Assembly (NCBI RefSeq): GCF_009914755.1
Contig: NC_060946.1
Strand: one strand, 5' to 3'
Length of the DNA stretch: 64,000 bases
From: the human T2T-CHM13v2.0 reference genome, Homo sapiens
Translations under genes and position numbers: made by a program
Notes under the pieces: generated by a model
Databases searched by the model: none
Told to the model about the DNA's origin: nothing
The model's input: only the letters and a program-made list of their open reading frames with translations
Shown: positions 61,801 through 64,000 of the stretch, one piece after another
Numbering within the stretch: position 1 is the stretch's first letter
How the letters are laid out: each line of letters begins with the position of its first letter

Positions 61801-64000
61801 GATCAGTGCAGAGTTATGTCACAAAGTCCCTTTAGGCAGATCCTACACAAGTGTTACATCACTTGGATGATCAGTGCAGAGATATGTCACAATGCCACTG
61901 TTGGCAGAGGCTAGACAAGAGTTACATGACCCAGGTGATCAGTGTAGAGATACATCGCAATGTCCCTGTAGGCAGAGCCTTGACAAGTGGTACATCACCT
62001 GGGTGATCTTTGCAGGGATATGCCACAAAGCACCCTGTAGTCAGATCGCAGAAAAGTGTTACAACACCTGGGTGATCAGTGCAGAGATAGCTCACAATGC
62101 CACTGTAGGCAGAGCCTAGACAAGAGTTACATGACCTAGGTGATCAGTGCAGAGATGCATCGCAACGCCCCTCTAGGCAGAGCCTTGACAAGTGGTATAT
62201 CACCTGGGTGATCATTGCAGGGATATGCCACAAAGCACCCTGTAGGCAGACCCTAGAGAAGAGTTATATCACCTGGGTGATCAGTGCAGAGATATGTCAC
62301 AAGACCCTGTAGGCACAGCCTAGACAAGAGTTACATCACCTGGGTGATCAGTGCAGAGAAACGTCAAAATACACCCTGCAGGTGGAGCCTAGACAAGAGT
62401 TACATCACCTGGGTGATCAATAAAGAAATATGTCACAAAGCCCCTTTGGCACAGCATAAACAAGAGTTACATAACCCGGGTTATCGGTGCAGAGTGATGT
62501 CACAACGCCCACTGTAGGCAGAGCCTAGAAAAGAGTTACATCACCTGGGTGATCAGTGCAGAGATACATCGCAATGTCCCTGTAGGCAGAGCCTTGACAA
62601 ATGGTGCATCACCTGGGTGATCATTGCAGGGATATGTCACAAAGCACCCTGTATGCAGATCCCAGAAAAGAGTTACATCACCTGGGTGATCAGTGCAGAA
62701 ATTTTTCAAAATTCCCTGTAGGCAGTGCTTACAAAAGTGTTACATCACCCAGGTGATCAATGAATAGATATGTCACAAAACTCCTGTAGGCAGAAGTTAG
62801 ATGAGTTCCATCACCTGGGTGATCAGTGCAAAGGTATGTCACAAAGCCCCATGTACGCAAAGCCTAGACAATAGTTACATCACTTGGGTGATCAGTGGCG
62901 AGATCTCTCACAATTCCCCTGTAGGCAGAGCTTATACAACAGTTACATCACCTGGGTGATCAGCGCAGAGATATGTCACAATACCACCATAGGCAGATCC
63001 AAGACAAGGGTCCGTCACCTGGGTGATCAGGGCAGAAATATGTCACAATGACCTCTTAGGCAGAGCCTGGACAAAAGCCACAATACCTGGAAGATCAGTG
63101 CAGAGTTATGTCACAATGTCACTGTAGGCAGAGCCTAGACAAGGGTTACATGACCTAGGTGATCAGTGCAGAGATACATCGCAATGTCCCTGTAGGCAGA
63201 GCCTTGACAAGTGGTACATCACCTGGGTGATCATTGCAGGGATATGTCACAAAGCACCCTGTAGGCGGATCCCAGAAAAGAGTTACGTCACCTGGGTGAT
63301 CAGTGCAGAAATTTTTTAAAATTCCCTGTAGGCAGTGCTTATAAAAGTGTTACATAACCCAAGTGATCAATGAAGAGATATGTCACAAAACTACTGTAGG
63401 CAGAACTTTGATGAGTTCCATCACCTGGGTGATCAGTGCAAAGGTATGTCACAAAGCCCCATGTACGCAAAGCCTAGACAATAGTTACATCACTTGGGTG
63501 ATAAGTGGCGAGATCTCTCACAATTCCCCTGTAGGCAGAGTTTATACAACAGTTACATCACCTGGGTGATCAGTGCAGAGATATGTCACAATGCCCCCAT
63601 AGGCAGATCCAAGACAAGAGTCCGACACCTGGATGATCAGTGCAGAGATGTGTGAGAATTCCCGTATAGGCAGAGCCTAGACAAGCGTCACATCACCTAG
63701 GTTATCAGTGCAGGTATAAGTAATAAAGCCTCCTGTAGGCAGAGCGTAGAAAAGAGTTCCCTCCCCAGGGTGATCAGTGCAGAGATGTGTCACAAAGCCC
63801 CTGTAGGCAGAGCCTAGATAAGAGTTTCATCACTTGGTTGATCAGTTCAGACATGTGTCACAATGTCCATGTAGGCAGATCTAAGACAAGCGTCCATCAC
63901 CTGGGTGATCAGTGCAGAGATATGTACCAATGTCCCCTGTAGGCATTGCCTAGATAAGAGTTGCATCACCTCACAGATCAGTGCAGAGATATTTCACAAA
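58827..64000 (+). repeat. Beta satellite block 9 (continues past window end)
   Basis: Forward 68-bp monomers. Confidence 0.97.

Overview
Primate (human or great-ape-like) heterochromatin; no intact conventional gene. About 48 kb is diverged 68-bp beta (Sau3A) satellite in nine blocks. Between the blocks lie eight D4Z4-derived DUX4-like cassettes (A-H) plus scrambled fragments. A complete cassette is about 2.6-2.75 kb: a fixed satellite junction, D4Z4 upstream region, GC box/DBE/TATAA promoter, DUX4-like double-homeobox ORF, exon 2, KpnI site, short LSau-type stretch, pLAM/exon-3-like segment and a second fixed satellite junction. No full-length DUX4 ORF survives, but two uninterrupted single-homeodomain ORFs do (84 aa and 90 aa). 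The array switches strand three times (~12.9, ~25.65 and ~40.4 kb), each time at a complex junction with inserted pieces, and every cassette is co-oriented with its flanking satellite. This fits dispersed D4Z4/beta-satellite domains (acrocentric short-arm or pericentromeric type), not the homogeneous 4q35/10q26 array; the chromosome cannot be determined here. All comparisons with reference DUX4, 4qA and pLAM sequence are from recall and need alignment. Satellite strand '+' means GATCAGTGCAGAGATATGTCACAATG... reads on the + strand.
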